Below, piece by piece: positions 10,321 through 18,865 of a DNA stretch of 64,000 nt. The first letter of the stretch is position 1. Every line of letters begins with the position of its first letter. The position numbers were made by a program, and so were the translations under genes. Under the pieces are notes generated by a model. That model saw only the letters and a program-made list of their open reading frames with translations, was not told the origin of the DNA and searched no databases. This DNA comes from an uncultured Candidatus Binatia bacterium (GTDB lineage Bacteria; Desulfobacterota; Binatia; UBA9968; JAJDTQ01): positions 1-64,000 of the forward strand of contig OZ219754.1 in assembly GCA_964291295.2 (NCBI GenBank), read 5' to 3'.

Positions 10321-10355
10321 GTCATGAAGAGCGTGTCATGAAGGGCGTGTCATGA
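10321..10355. repeat. Short 14-bp tandem repeat (GCGTGTCATGAAGR, about 2.5 copies) between ampG and the tRNA 3' end
   Basis: gtcatgaaga gcgtgtcatgaagg gcgtgtcatga. Confidence 0.6.
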
Positions 10356-10402
10356 GTGAAGCGTGCAATGACGTGAAATGAGGGAGACGTGCATAAGGGG
10401 GT

Positions 10403-10495
10403 TGGCGGAGGGGGCGAGATTCGAACTCGCGGTCCACTGTTCAGGCGGACGCCGATTTTCAAGACCGGTGCCTTAAGCCGCTCGGCCACCCCTCC
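10403..10495 (-). tRNA. tRNA-Ser (anticodon TGA)
   Basis: Reverse complement GGAGGGGTGGCCGAGCGGCTTAAGGCA-CCGGT-CTTGAAA-ATCGG, long variable arm, GTTCGAATC, encoded CCA. Confidence 0.97.
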
Positions 10496-10496
10496 G

Positions 10497-10571
10497 TATC
10501 CGGGACAGTCGTGTCCGGGAAGACCTTGCCCGGGAAGACTTTGCCCGGGAAGGTCGTACCCGGGAAGGTCC
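10497..10571. repeat. 15-bp tandem repeat x5 (approx. TGCCCGGGAAGRYCK) immediately 5' of tRNA-Ser
   Basis: tatccgggacagtcg tgtccgggaagacct tgcccgggaagactt tgcccgggaaggtcg tacccgggaaggtcc. Confidence 0.8.
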
Positions 10572-10585
10572 GGGGCACCCCCGTA

Positions 10586-11065
10586 TCATGGGCGCTTCCG
10601 GGAATCCTGCCACTTGGTGAAGGGATTTGCCACAAGGTTGGCGTTGTAGAAGCGGGGATCGTGGGTAACTTCCTCACCGGCCCACGGAGGCTTGGTGAAC
10701 GGATGGTCTTCACGGTCCAGCTCGACCTCGACAATGACCAGGCCCCGATTGACGCCAAGGAACTCGTCCACTTCCCAGACCAGACCGTCGTGTTCCAGCC
10801 GGCGGCGCACCTTCTCGATGACGGGCCGCTCGCAGAGCCGCAGCAACTCGTCCGCTTCTTCCAGCGGGATGGCGTACTCGTACTCGGAACGGGTGGCGCC
10901 CCGGGTGATTCCCTTGATGGCGAGGGTGGCCTTGCCGCCCTCGATGCGCACGCGCACGGTGCATTCCGGCCGGGTGCTCAGGTAGCCCTGGCGGAGGACA
11001 ATGCCCTCGGCCTTGCGCCATTCCTCTCCCGTGACCAGGAACTTGCGCTCCACCTCCCGCGCCAT
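10586..11065 (-). CDS. CYTH domain protein (triphosphate tunnel metalloenzyme)
   Basis: EVERKFLV, QGYL, VRVR, R.E.EY.IP, IEK.R, WEVDEF, AEVEL-like, EVT.DPRFYN. Confidence 0.92.
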   Translation of the reverse strand: MAREVERKFLVTGEEWRKAEGIVLRQGYLSTRPECTVRVRIEGGKATLAIKGITRGATRSEYEYAIPLEEADELLRLCERPVIEKVRRRLEHDGLVWEVDEFLGVNRGLVIVEVELDREDHPFTKPPWAGEEVTHDPRFYNANLVANPFTKWQDSRKRP

Positions 11066-11106
11066 GACATCCTTCGTGACCGGGCCGGCCCCGCGCATCG
11101 CGGCGG

Positions 11107-12102
11107 CTATTTCACCCGGTGCAGGACATTCTCGGCCAAGGCATGGATGTACTCCTTCCGGCCGGAGAGATCCTTGGGCATGTTGAGCAGAGTCATGCCC
11201 ACGTACTCCACGCCGTCCGCCGCCAGGCGTCCGAGATCCTCCAGGCAGTCATCACCGTTGCCGGCCACGGCCCAGGCATGGACCTCGGAGTCGGAGGCGA
11301 TGTTGATCTTGACCATGGTGTCTTCCTGCATGTTCCAGCTGCTGTACATCTTGTAGGAAGAGGCTGCGGACTCCCGCGCCTGGGCGATGGCGGTCTCCTT
11401 GTCGCCGGCAAAGGCCACACCCCGGGAGATGGTGATGTGGCCGGCGTCCTGGCCGGTCACGCCGCGCTCGTGGCGGTAGATGGAGATGAGACGGGCGACA
11501 TCGTCGAAGCCCACCTGGGGCGCCAGGTAGGCGGCGTCGGCGATCCGGGCGGAGCGGCGCACCGCACCCTCGCTCTGGCATGCGATCCAGATGGGCGGAT
11601 GAGGCTTCTGCAAGGGCACGAACCCCATCCTCGCCTTGTGCACGGTCCAGTACCGGCCCTCGTGGTCGATCTCCTCGCCGGTCCACAGCCGCTTCATCAC
11701 CTCAATGGACTCGGTGAGACGGGAGACCCGCTCCTTGCGGTTCGAACCCACGGCCTCGAGCTCCGTATCGCGGTAGCCGAGGCCGACGCCCAGCACGAAC
11801 CGGCCCTTGGCGATGTGGTCCAGGGTGGCCGCGTCTTCCGCCACCTGGAGCGGGTTGTGGAGCGGCAACAGCACGATGCCGGTCTGCAACCGCATCCCGC
11901 CCACCTCCGGGGCCAGCCGCGCCAGCATCGGGAAGGGCTGCGGCCAGATGGTGGGGTGCGACACCCAGTGCTGCGGCATGGTGACGGCGGCGAAGCCGCA
12001 ATCACGGATCACGTGACAGATCTCGACGGCTTCGTCGATCTGCTCGTGCAGCGGCCGCGTCGGATTGGTGAAGAAAGAACGCAAGTAGATGCCGAGTTCC
12101 AC
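11107..12102 (-). CDS. LLM-class flavin-dependent oxidoreductase
   Basis: LPLHNPLQVAEDAATLD..AKGRFVLGVGLGYR..E, PLQKPHPPIWIA. Confidence 0.88.
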   Translation of the reverse strand: MELGIYLRSFFTNPTRPLHEQIDEAVEICHVIRDCGFAAVTMPQHWVSHPTIWPQPFPMLARLAPEVGGMRLQTGIVLLPLHNPLQVAEDAATLDHIAKGRFVLGVGLGYRDTELEAVGSNRKERVSRLTESIEVMKRLWTGEEIDHEGRYWTVHKARMGFVPLQKPHPPIWIACQSEGAVRRSARIADAAYLAPQVGFDDVARLISIYRHERGVTGQDAGHITISRGVAFAGDKETAIAQARESAASSYKMYSSWNMQEDTMVKINIASDSEVHAWAVAGNGDDCLEDLGRLAADGVEYVGMTLLNMPKDLSGRKEYIHALAENVLHRVK

Positions 12103-12264
12103 GAAATCCCCCCGGGCGTTGATGGATTGATGCGGCCCTGGGAGCGATGGCGATCATGGCAATAATGGCGATGTATCGCCCGCGCCCCGGGCCGCGAGTC
12201 ACGCAAGTGTCGGCGATGGCTGTCGAAAGGCTGCCCCTACTTCATGGCAATTCGGATGCGGGGT

Positions 12265-12287
12265 TGTCAACTTGCCCCAAGTTGACA
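12265..12287. promoter_or_regulatory. Perfect 10-3-10 palindrome TGTCAACTTG-ccc-CAAGTTGACA between the divergent LLM and tcuA genes; candidate operator
   Basis: Exact inverted repeat with a TTGACA hexamer on each strand. Confidence 0.6.
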
Positions 12288-12318
12288 GAATCGGGTGCGT
12301 CCACTAACAGAGGACGTC

Positions 12319-13737
12319 ATGGCTTCATCATCCACCGGAGGGGGTTCCGGAGCGGTTCCGGAGGTCGACGTGCTCATCGCGGGCGGTGGAAACGCGGCGA
12401 TGTGCGCGGCCATCATGGCCCGTCACGGCGGTGCCAGCGTGCGCGTGCTGGAGGCGGCGCCGAAAGAGTTTCGCGGCGGCAACAGCCGCCACACGCGCAA
12501 CCTCCGCTACATGCACGAGGGCGAGGACGGATTCCTTACCGGCACGTATCCGGAGGACGAGTTCTACGAGGACCTGCTGCGGGTGACCGGCGGCGACACC
12601 AACGAGGAACTGGCGCGCTTCTGCATCCGCGAGTCCCGGGATGCGGGCGAGTGGATGTCGGCCCACGGCATCCGCTGGCAGCCGTCGCTGCGCGGCACGC
12701 TGCAACTGTCGCGGACCAACGCCTTTTTCCTGGGTGGCGGCAAGGCCCTGATGAACGCCTACTACGACACCGCCGAGAAGATGGGCGTCCAGGCGGAGTA
12801 CGAGACCGAGGTGCGGGAACTGAACATCGAGGACGGCGTGTTCCGCTCGGCGGTGGTGGAACACAAGGGTGCGCGCCGGGAGGTGGCGGCCAAGGCTTTC
12901 GTCGGCGCCGCCGGCGGCTTCGAGGCCAACGTCCCCTGGCTCAAGGAATACTGGGGCGAGGCGGCAGACAACTTCATCATACGCGGCACCCCCTACAACA
13001 AGGGCCGGGTGCTGCGGCAGCTGTTCGACGCGGGCGCGAAGCCGGCGGGACGAGCCAAGGGCTTCCACGCCATTGCGCTGGACGGGCGCGCGCCCAGGTT
13101 CGACGGCGGCATCGTGACGCGGCTCGACTGCGTCCCCTTCGGAGTCGTGCTCAACAAGCACTCGGAGCGCTTCTACGACGAGGGCGAGGACTTCTGGCCC
13201 AAGCGTTACGCCATCTGGGGAACCCTCATCGCCGGCCAGCCGGAGCAGGAAGCCTGTTGCATCGTGGATGCCAAGTCCATCGACCTGTTTCTGCCCTCGG
13301 TCTTTCCGCCCTTCCAGGCGGACTCCATCCGGCAGCTGGCCGCCGCCATGGACCTCAACCCGGCCAAGGTGGAGGAGACGGTCCGGGCGTTCAACCGTTC
13401 CGTCCGGCCCGGGACCTTCGATCCGACGATACTGGACGACTGCGCCACCGAGGGCATGGATCCGCCCAAGAGCCATTGGGCGCGCGCCATCGACACCCCG
13501 CCGTTCTATGGCTATCCGCTGAGGCCGGGGATCACCTTCACGTACATGGGCGTCGCCGTGAACAAGCAGTGCCAGGTGCTTTTCGACGGGGACCAGCCCT
13601 CTCCGAACATCTTCGCGGCCGGCGAGATGATGTCGGGCAACATCCTCGGCAAGGGATATCTGGCGGGATTCGGCATGACCATCGGAACGGTGTTCGGCCG
13701 CATCGCAGGAAGGGAGGCCGCACGTGCCGTCGTCTGA
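12319..13737 (+). CDS. tcuA: FAD-dependent tricarballylate dehydrogenase TcuA (CobZ-like)
   Basis: GGGNAAMCAA, RGGNSRHTRNLR, LSRTNAFFLGGGKAL, DGGIVTRLDCV, FYDEGEDFWPKRYAIWG, RPGITFTY. Confidence 0.92.
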   Translation: MASSSTGGGSGAVPEVDVLIAGGGNAAMCAAIMARHGGASVRVLEAAPKEFRGGNSRHTRNLRYMHEGEDGFLTGTYPEDEFYEDLLRVTGGDTNEELARFCIRESRDAGEWMSAHGIRWQPSLRGTLQLSRTNAFFLGGGKALMNAYYDTAEKMGVQAEYETEVRELNIEDGVFRSAVVEHKGARREVAAKAFVGAAGGFEANVPWLKEYWGEAADNFIIRGTPYNKGRVLRQLFDAGAKPAGRAKGFHAIALDGRAPRFDGGIVTRLDCVPFGVVLNKHSERFYDEGEDFWPKRYAIWGTLIAGQPEQEACCIVDAKSIDLFLPSVFPPFQADSIRQLAAAMDLNPAKVEETVRAFNRSVRPGTFDPTILDDCATEGMDPPKSHWARAIDTPPFYGYPLRPGITFTYMGVAVNKQCQVLFDGDQPSPNIFAAGEMMSGNILGKGYLAGFGMTIGTVFGRIAGREAARAVV

Positions 13738-14842
13738 GCATCTCGAGGAAGCCAACCGGGTCATGACCATCTGCAACGCCTGCCGCTACTGCGCGGGCTT
13801 CTGCGCGGTATTTCCGGCCATGGAGCGGCGCCGCACGTTCGACACCAAGGATCTGGTCTACCTGTCCAACCTGTGCTTCGAGTGCCGCGCCTGCTACTAC
13901 GCCTGCCAGTACGCGCCGCCCCACGAGTTCGCGGTCAACGTGCCCCAGGCGCTGTCGCGCCTGCGGGCCGACACCTACGCCGACTACGCCTGGCCCCGGG
14001 TGCTGTCGGGCCTGTACCGGAACAACGCCTTCCTGGTGGGGCTCATCACCACGCTCTGCGTCGTCGCGGGTTTCGTGCTCACGCTGGTGTTTCAGGGCGG
14101 CACGACACTGTTCTCGGCCCACCAGGGCGACGGTGCATTCTACGCAGTGGTGCCCTACGGCGCCATGGTGTTCCCGGCCGCGGTGATGTTCTTCTATGCG
14201 ATCTTCGCGCTGCTGGCGGGATTCGTGAGCTTCTGGCGGCGCACCCGGGGCGGCCTCTCGGACCTGATCGATCTGTCCGCCTTCGCGCGCGCCATGAAGG
14301 AGGCCTTCGGCCTGCAGTACATGAAAGGCGGCGGCGACGGCTGCAACTACCCCGACGAGAAGTTCTCCAAGAGCCGGATGTGGCACCACCACCTGGTGTT
14401 CTATGGCTTCGCGCTGGACTTCGCCGCCACCACCGTCGCCGCGTTCTATCACCACTTCCTCCACTGGGAAGCCCCCTATCCGTACCTGAGCCTGCCGGTG
14501 GTGTTCGGAACGGTGGGCGGAGTCATGATGTGCATCGGCACGGTGGGGCTGCTCTACCTCAAGTCACGAAGCGACCCGGACCCGGCCGAGGAGACCATGC
14601 TCAGCCTCGACAGGACCTTCCTCTGGATGCTGTTCCTGACCAGCTTCACCGGACTGCTCCTGCTGGTGTTCCGGGAAACCGCCGCCATGGGGACGCTGCT
14701 GGTCATCCACCTGGGCGTCGTGGCCGGACTCTTCCTGACCCTGCCCTACAGCAAGTTCGCACACGCGGTGTACCGCTACGCCGCGCTGATCCAGAACGCC
14801 ATCGAAGTGCGGGAAGACGAGAGCAAGGTGGTCCTGGGCTGA
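13724..14842 (+). CDS. tcuB: Tricarballylate utilization 4Fe-4S membrane protein TcuB
   Basis: ICNACRYCAGFCAVFPAM, CFECRACYYACQYAPPHEF, LPYSKFAH; overlaps the tcuA end. Confidence 0.92.
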   Translation: MPSSEHLEEANRVMTICNACRYCAGFCAVFPAMERRRTFDTKDLVYLSNLCFECRACYYACQYAPPHEFAVNVPQALSRLRADTYADYAWPRVLSGLYRNNAFLVGLITTLCVVAGFVLTLVFQGGTTLFSAHQGDGAFYAVVPYGAMVFPAAVMFFYAIFALLAGFVSFWRRTRGGLSDLIDLSAFARAMKEAFGLQYMKGGGDGCNYPDEKFSKSRMWHHHLVFYGFALDFAATTVAAFYHHFLHWEAPYPYLSLPVVFGTVGGVMMCIGTVGLLYLKSRSDPDPAEETMLSLDRTFLWMLFLTSFTGLLLLVFRETAAMGTLLVIHLGVVAGLFLTLPYSKFAHAVYRYAALIQNAIEVREDESKVVLG

Positions 14843-14939
14843 GCCGGGACCGCCGGCCCGGCCAGGAGCCCGTACCGCAAGGGTTCTTGAAGTTCCGGTG
14901 GGGCGGCGGCATTCCGCAGAGCGGTCCGGTGTCTGTGAA

Positions 14940-16046
14940 TCAGTTCCGGTTCATCAGTTCGCCCATGCGCTTGCGACGGAACTCCAGAAAAGCGGGGACG
15001 TGGTCCATGCTGCCCACCGGCTCGGCCCAATCGAACTTTCCGAGGTCCCAGTCGGGGTCGTCACAGGGTCTTATCGCCAAGGGCGGCGGCACGACACGGC
15101 ATAGGTTGCCGTAGAGTGCCAGCGCCCGCCTCTGGATGAGGCTGCGCAACCTGGGCGAAAAGTCCGTGGGCCTGAGAAATGCCGCTGGCGCATAGACCGT
15201 GTTGGCCGCGCTGGTGAACAACCCGTATAACGGTGCCGGCTCACCAACATCCGACGGCAGATCCAGTTCGTCCCGCCAGCGATTCCCGTGCTCCTTGTGG
15301 TCGAGGAGGTGCGCGAGCTGGTAACCATCCGGCCCTCTCTTGGAAAACCGCTTGCCAGTGAAAACAAATGCCCACAGCTGCTTCGGGTAGTCGTTATCAT
15401 CAAGCTTGAGGCATTGCGCGGGTAACTCGGAGAGCGTCGTCCGTCTCCGGAACGCCGCGATCTCCGTGCTTCCGGCATAACGTCGAATACCCGGAAAGGC
15501 GCAGGGCGAGCCTTCCCATAGATAGATGCCAGGGTCTATGCCGAGCGCTTCCAGCCGGGAGGACCACTCGGCCCGCAAGCGCTGGTTCTCTTCGGTGACC
15601 GCGCCGACTATACCGGGATCGAGGAACCGCACGAACCGCACCATCGCCCGAGCAAGTTCAAGCAAGTCCTTCTCGCTCGGCTGCGACCAGGCCGACCAGT
15701 CCGCTCCCAACCGACGGGGTCGCTGCTCTCTTGGCCGTGGCTTTGCCGCAACTGCGGCCCGACCGGCCGGGCCGCCGGCCGCTTTCCGATAATCGCGATA
15801 GAGACGAACCGCGCTCCTGAGCGTCGCTGTACCGTTGTAGATGTCACCCTTGATCTCGATTCCGTGCTTCGGCGCTCCCGGACGCAGGCGGTCCAGAAGG
15901 CCGGCCAACTCATCCACATCGTAATGATCGTCGAGATTGCCTTCATACGGCTCGACCCGTCTGCAGTTGCTGATTCGACTCCCGACGGTCCGAGGGTCCA
16001 GTTGCCGCTCGACGCTCAACCAGCTTCTGAACCGTTCTTCCTGCAT
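14940..16046 (-). CDS. Hypothetical protein, putative nuclease (helical N-terminal domain plus His-Me/HNH-like C-terminal motif)
   Basis: ATG 16046 with GGAGAG RBS. N-terminal F..WL....T..SRISNCRRVE...GNLD.HY...ATLRSA..LY resembles N-termini of restriction-associated proteins; C-terminal GYQLAHLLDHK...GLFTSAAN..Y.P resembles a bba-Me motif (judged by eye). Confidence 0.55.
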   Translation of the reverse strand: MQEERFRSWLSVERQLDPRTVGSRISNCRRVEPYEGNLDDHYDVDELAGLLDRLRPGAPKHGIEIKGDIYNGTATLRSAVRLYRDYRKAAGGPAGRAAVAAKPRPREQRPRRLGADWSAWSQPSEKDLLELARAMVRFVRFLDPGIVGAVTEENQRLRAEWSSRLEALGIDPGIYLWEGSPCAFPGIRRYAGSTEIAAFRRRTTLSELPAQCLKLDDNDYPKQLWAFVFTGKRFSKRGPDGYQLAHLLDHKEHGNRWRDELDLPSDVGEPAPLYGLFTSAANTVYAPAAFLRPTDFSPRLRSLIQRRALALYGNLCRVVPPPLAIRPCDDPDWDLGKFDWAEPVGSMDHVPAFLEFRRKRMGELMNRN

Positions 16047-16050
16047 CCCG

Positions 16051-17001
16051 CTACTCTCCCCAACTGTCCATGTACTCCTGTACCTGCTTCCCGGCAGGGA
16101 TGATGTGAGGATTCTTTCCCCACCTGCGCCCTTGGCAAATCGCCTCGATGACGTCTGCACGCCAGCACAAACCCAGCGCAGCCTCGTTCTCGACTCTCCC
16201 GACTCGGCCGCTGTAGCAACCGACGAACATGGTGCCTTCACTGCCGAAAAGCGCCACATCGTCCCGCTCCCAAAAGCCCGGTTCCTTCGGGTCGACCCTG
16301 CGGTAAGGATCTCGTGTATCCCACGAACCATGAAATCTGGCAAAAACGGGAGAGCCTGACATGCCCGATCGTGTGAGAGCATCAACAAAAAAAGCGGGGA
16401 TACGGATACCTCCTACGAGACCGCCATAGCTCGAAAGCTTGCCGCCAAGATCGACATCGTAGTGAGGCTCCGACGCGACATAACCGGCTTTCCATAGCGG
16501 CAAGCCGAAACCAATACTAATCGCATGAGGAAAGCCGATCACGAAGACGACGCATCCGGGCTCCACGGGTATTTTGACTTCACTGATGCGGTTCGCCGCG
16601 TTATGCATGAATTCGGGGCACGTGCCTGGTCTGTTCATGGGAATCGCAACCACATCACAGGACGCTCCGAATTCTGGATGCTCGAACCATACCGGCTGTT
16701 CTCCGCGATAGAGCGGAATACGGTGAGGCCCGATCGCGAATGTTCCGCTTCGGCGGTCGCCCATATCCCAGGAGGCCAACTTGGCCGTCAGGCTGATGGT
16801 TTCGACGAATGGGTGGGTCAACGGTTCCCGGGTCATGAAGTGGCGACCGCTGACTACATGCCAATTGGTGATCAGGAACCAATCCCCGTCCGTCTCGAAA
16901 AAGAAGGCACTGGCAGACGACAGAATCCGACCGTCTTGATCCTGGGTCAGCAATTGAAACGGGCATTGCGAATACGTACTTCTGATTCCGTGCTGCGGCA
17001 T
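16051..17001 (-). CDS. Trypsin-like (S1) serine protease, no signal peptide
   Basis: Catalytic triad motifs LITNWHV, CDVVAI and SGMSGSPV; VFVIGFP. Confidence 0.85.
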   Translation of the reverse strand: MPQHGIRSTYSQCPFQLLTQDQDGRILSSASAFFFETDGDWFLITNWHVVSGRHFMTREPLTHPFVETISLTAKLASWDMGDRRSGTFAIGPHRIPLYRGEQPVWFEHPEFGASCDVVAIPMNRPGTCPEFMHNAANRISEVKIPVEPGCVVFVIGFPHAISIGFGLPLWKAGYVASEPHYDVDLGGKLSSYGGLVGGIRIPAFFVDALTRSGMSGSPVFARFHGSWDTRDPYRRVDPKEPGFWERDDVALFGSEGTMFVGCYSGRVGRVENEAALGLCWRADVIEAICQGRRWGKNPHIIPAGKQVQEYMDSWGE

Positions 17002-17701
17002 GAATCGCTCAAGCTTCGGCAGAATTTGATGCCCTTACCTCACAACGCGCACTCAGGCAACTCCAACTTCTCACTATATACCCACCTGATGGCAGGAGAC
17101 GGGCTGGTTCGGTGTTACGCGGTCGATGGACTGCGATTCGTCGTCCGGTAGCTCGCGTATAGCGGTAGTCAGAGCCTTCTGCAGCGCTTACTTGTATGCG
17201 TCGAACATCTCAACTACGCGACTTCGCGCCCCTCAGGAGATTCAGAGAAACCGCAGCGCCATCCTCGTAATAGAAACGCACCGGCCACCGTTGCTCCGAC
17301 GCGGACGAAGGATACCGGTGGCTGAGAAACCGCAGTTGAGATAAGCCGCAGAACTTTAGCGGCGAACTGGGGAGTACACATCGGCGAAGTTCTGCAGGTT
17401 ATCGGCATACCCCCGCGTCAAGCGATCCGCTGTAGGAGTTGAAGTAGGGTACGCCGCATCCTCCAAGGTCAGCGGCGCATCACTGCCACCCCTTGTCGAA
17501 CCGACGGGCGCCGAACCATCCCACCTTGAGCGACCGCTCCGCTTCCGGAGGAATTTACTGGAGCTCTTGTAGGAAGTCCTCGAGCATCCCATTTATAGTA
17601 TAGTGTCGATCGTCGCCCTTGCTCGTCATAGCCATATGATATCAAATGAGATTGTGTGATAGGTGATAACGTAAAGCTGCCAACAATTAGGAAGCATAAT
17701 C

Positions 17702-18865
17702 TCACCTTACCAAGCCTTCGCCAAGCACTTCCTCAACGATCTCATTACTGTCGAGAAAGTCCACCGATACCAAGTCATCTTCCGGGTCATGCCCGGCTAA
17801 CCTAACTTCTTCGATTACTTGCTGCATAGTGTTCACAATCTTGCGAGGAGTGATTTCAGTAAGTTGTGAGGCGATTGCCTCGATCGCCCCTTTCTCAAAC
17901 GGGAAAAAATCCTCCCTACCATCCTGACTTATCCTATTTCTATTGAAAATTTCTCGAACAAAGATGACTGCATCGTCTTTGTTTAGTCCCAACAACTCAA
18001 TCTGGCGATGAATACGGCCCAAAATATAGTCAAAGAACAATACTGGCAGCTGTGAAATTTCTGCTGATAGCGCGATCACCATGCAGAAGCAGTTCGGGCA
18101 ATTGTCGTAGATCTGCCGAAGAATATCGTTGACCTCGCGCGCCTCCTTAATGCTCGCGCGCTCGAGATCGTCTAGGTCGTCGATAAAGAGGTAGCTAGCC
18201 TTCTTGAATCGACGCCTATCGGAATCCGAGATTTCCATTTCGTGCACAAAAAGGTTAACGAGTCGCGTAAAAATCATCATAGCTTGGTAATCAGCGAGTG
18301 CCTTTGGCGCGATCAAAGTCCGGAAATCCTCCTCTTGTTGGCAATGATAAAGCACCTTCGCGAAGTTATTCAGCTCGACTGGAGGAATCAATATTTCGAT
18401 GATCTTATCCGCTGAAATCTCGTGATCGTACCCACGAGCAGTTCGACAAAGAGCAATACATTCCATCAGAAAATTATGGAACGCCTGCGTATTCGACAAC
18501 AGGTCTGACCTAGCAACGATATCGTCGAGAAAGGCTCCCGCAAACGTTAGCTTGCCCTTGTCCTTGCGTAGCGTCGGTATAAAGTAACAGACCGAGTCGA
18601 AATCGTCCTTGTCGTCATGCAAAATCTTGTTTTGTGCCCAGAGAAGGGCATGAGATTTCCCGGTTCCATAGTCGCCATATAGCATCAGGAAATTCGCATT
18701 TCCCACTTGGTCAGCCAAAGAGCGATGCAAATACTTGACAATTTGCCTTTTCTGCTGTTCATAGCCAACCCAGATGGATGCCCTGGGATCTGCGGCAAAA
18801 TTTGGGTTGGAACGGAACGGGTTACCGTTCAGGTTCGCTTTCTTATAGTAGTCTGCTGGCAACAT
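17702..18865 (-). CDS. AAA+-type P-loop ATPase (gene 5 of the island operon)
   Basis: N-terminal NPF, Walker A GDYGTGKS, Walker B LFIDDLD, lid FPF...AI...TPRK; start overlaps the upstream stop (TGATG; in-frame alternatives at 18868 and 18871). Confidence 0.8.
   Translation of the reverse strand: MLPADYYKKANLNGNPFRSNPNFAADPRASIWVGYEQQKRQIVKYLHRSLADQVGNANFLMLYGDYGTGKSHALLWAQNKILHDDKDDFDSVCYFIPTLRKDKGKLTFAGAFLDDIVARSDLLSNTQAFHNFLMECIALCRTARGYDHEISADKIIEILIPPVELNNFAKVLYHCQQEEDFRTLIAPKALADYQAMMIFTRLVNLFVHEMEISDSDRRRFKKASYLFIDDLDDLERASIKEAREVNDILRQIYDNCPNCFCMVIALSAEISQLPVLFFDYILGRIHRQIELLGLNKDDAVIFVREIFNRNRISQDGREDFFPFEKGAIEAIASQLTEITPRKIVNTMQQVIEEVRLAGHDPEDDLVSVDFLDSNEIVEEVLGEGLVR

Noticed and set aside
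10403-10495. tRNA-Ser as an island integration site
   Set aside because: Flanked by ordinary metabolic genes; no integrase or duplicated tRNA 3' end seen.
17030-17410. attC-like integron sites in the island gap (CCGAACCAG...GCCTGAG..CGTT; GCGGCTTATCTCAAC)
   Set aside because: Box spacing and arm pairing do not fit the RYYYAAC/GTTRRRY architecture, and no integron integrase is present.
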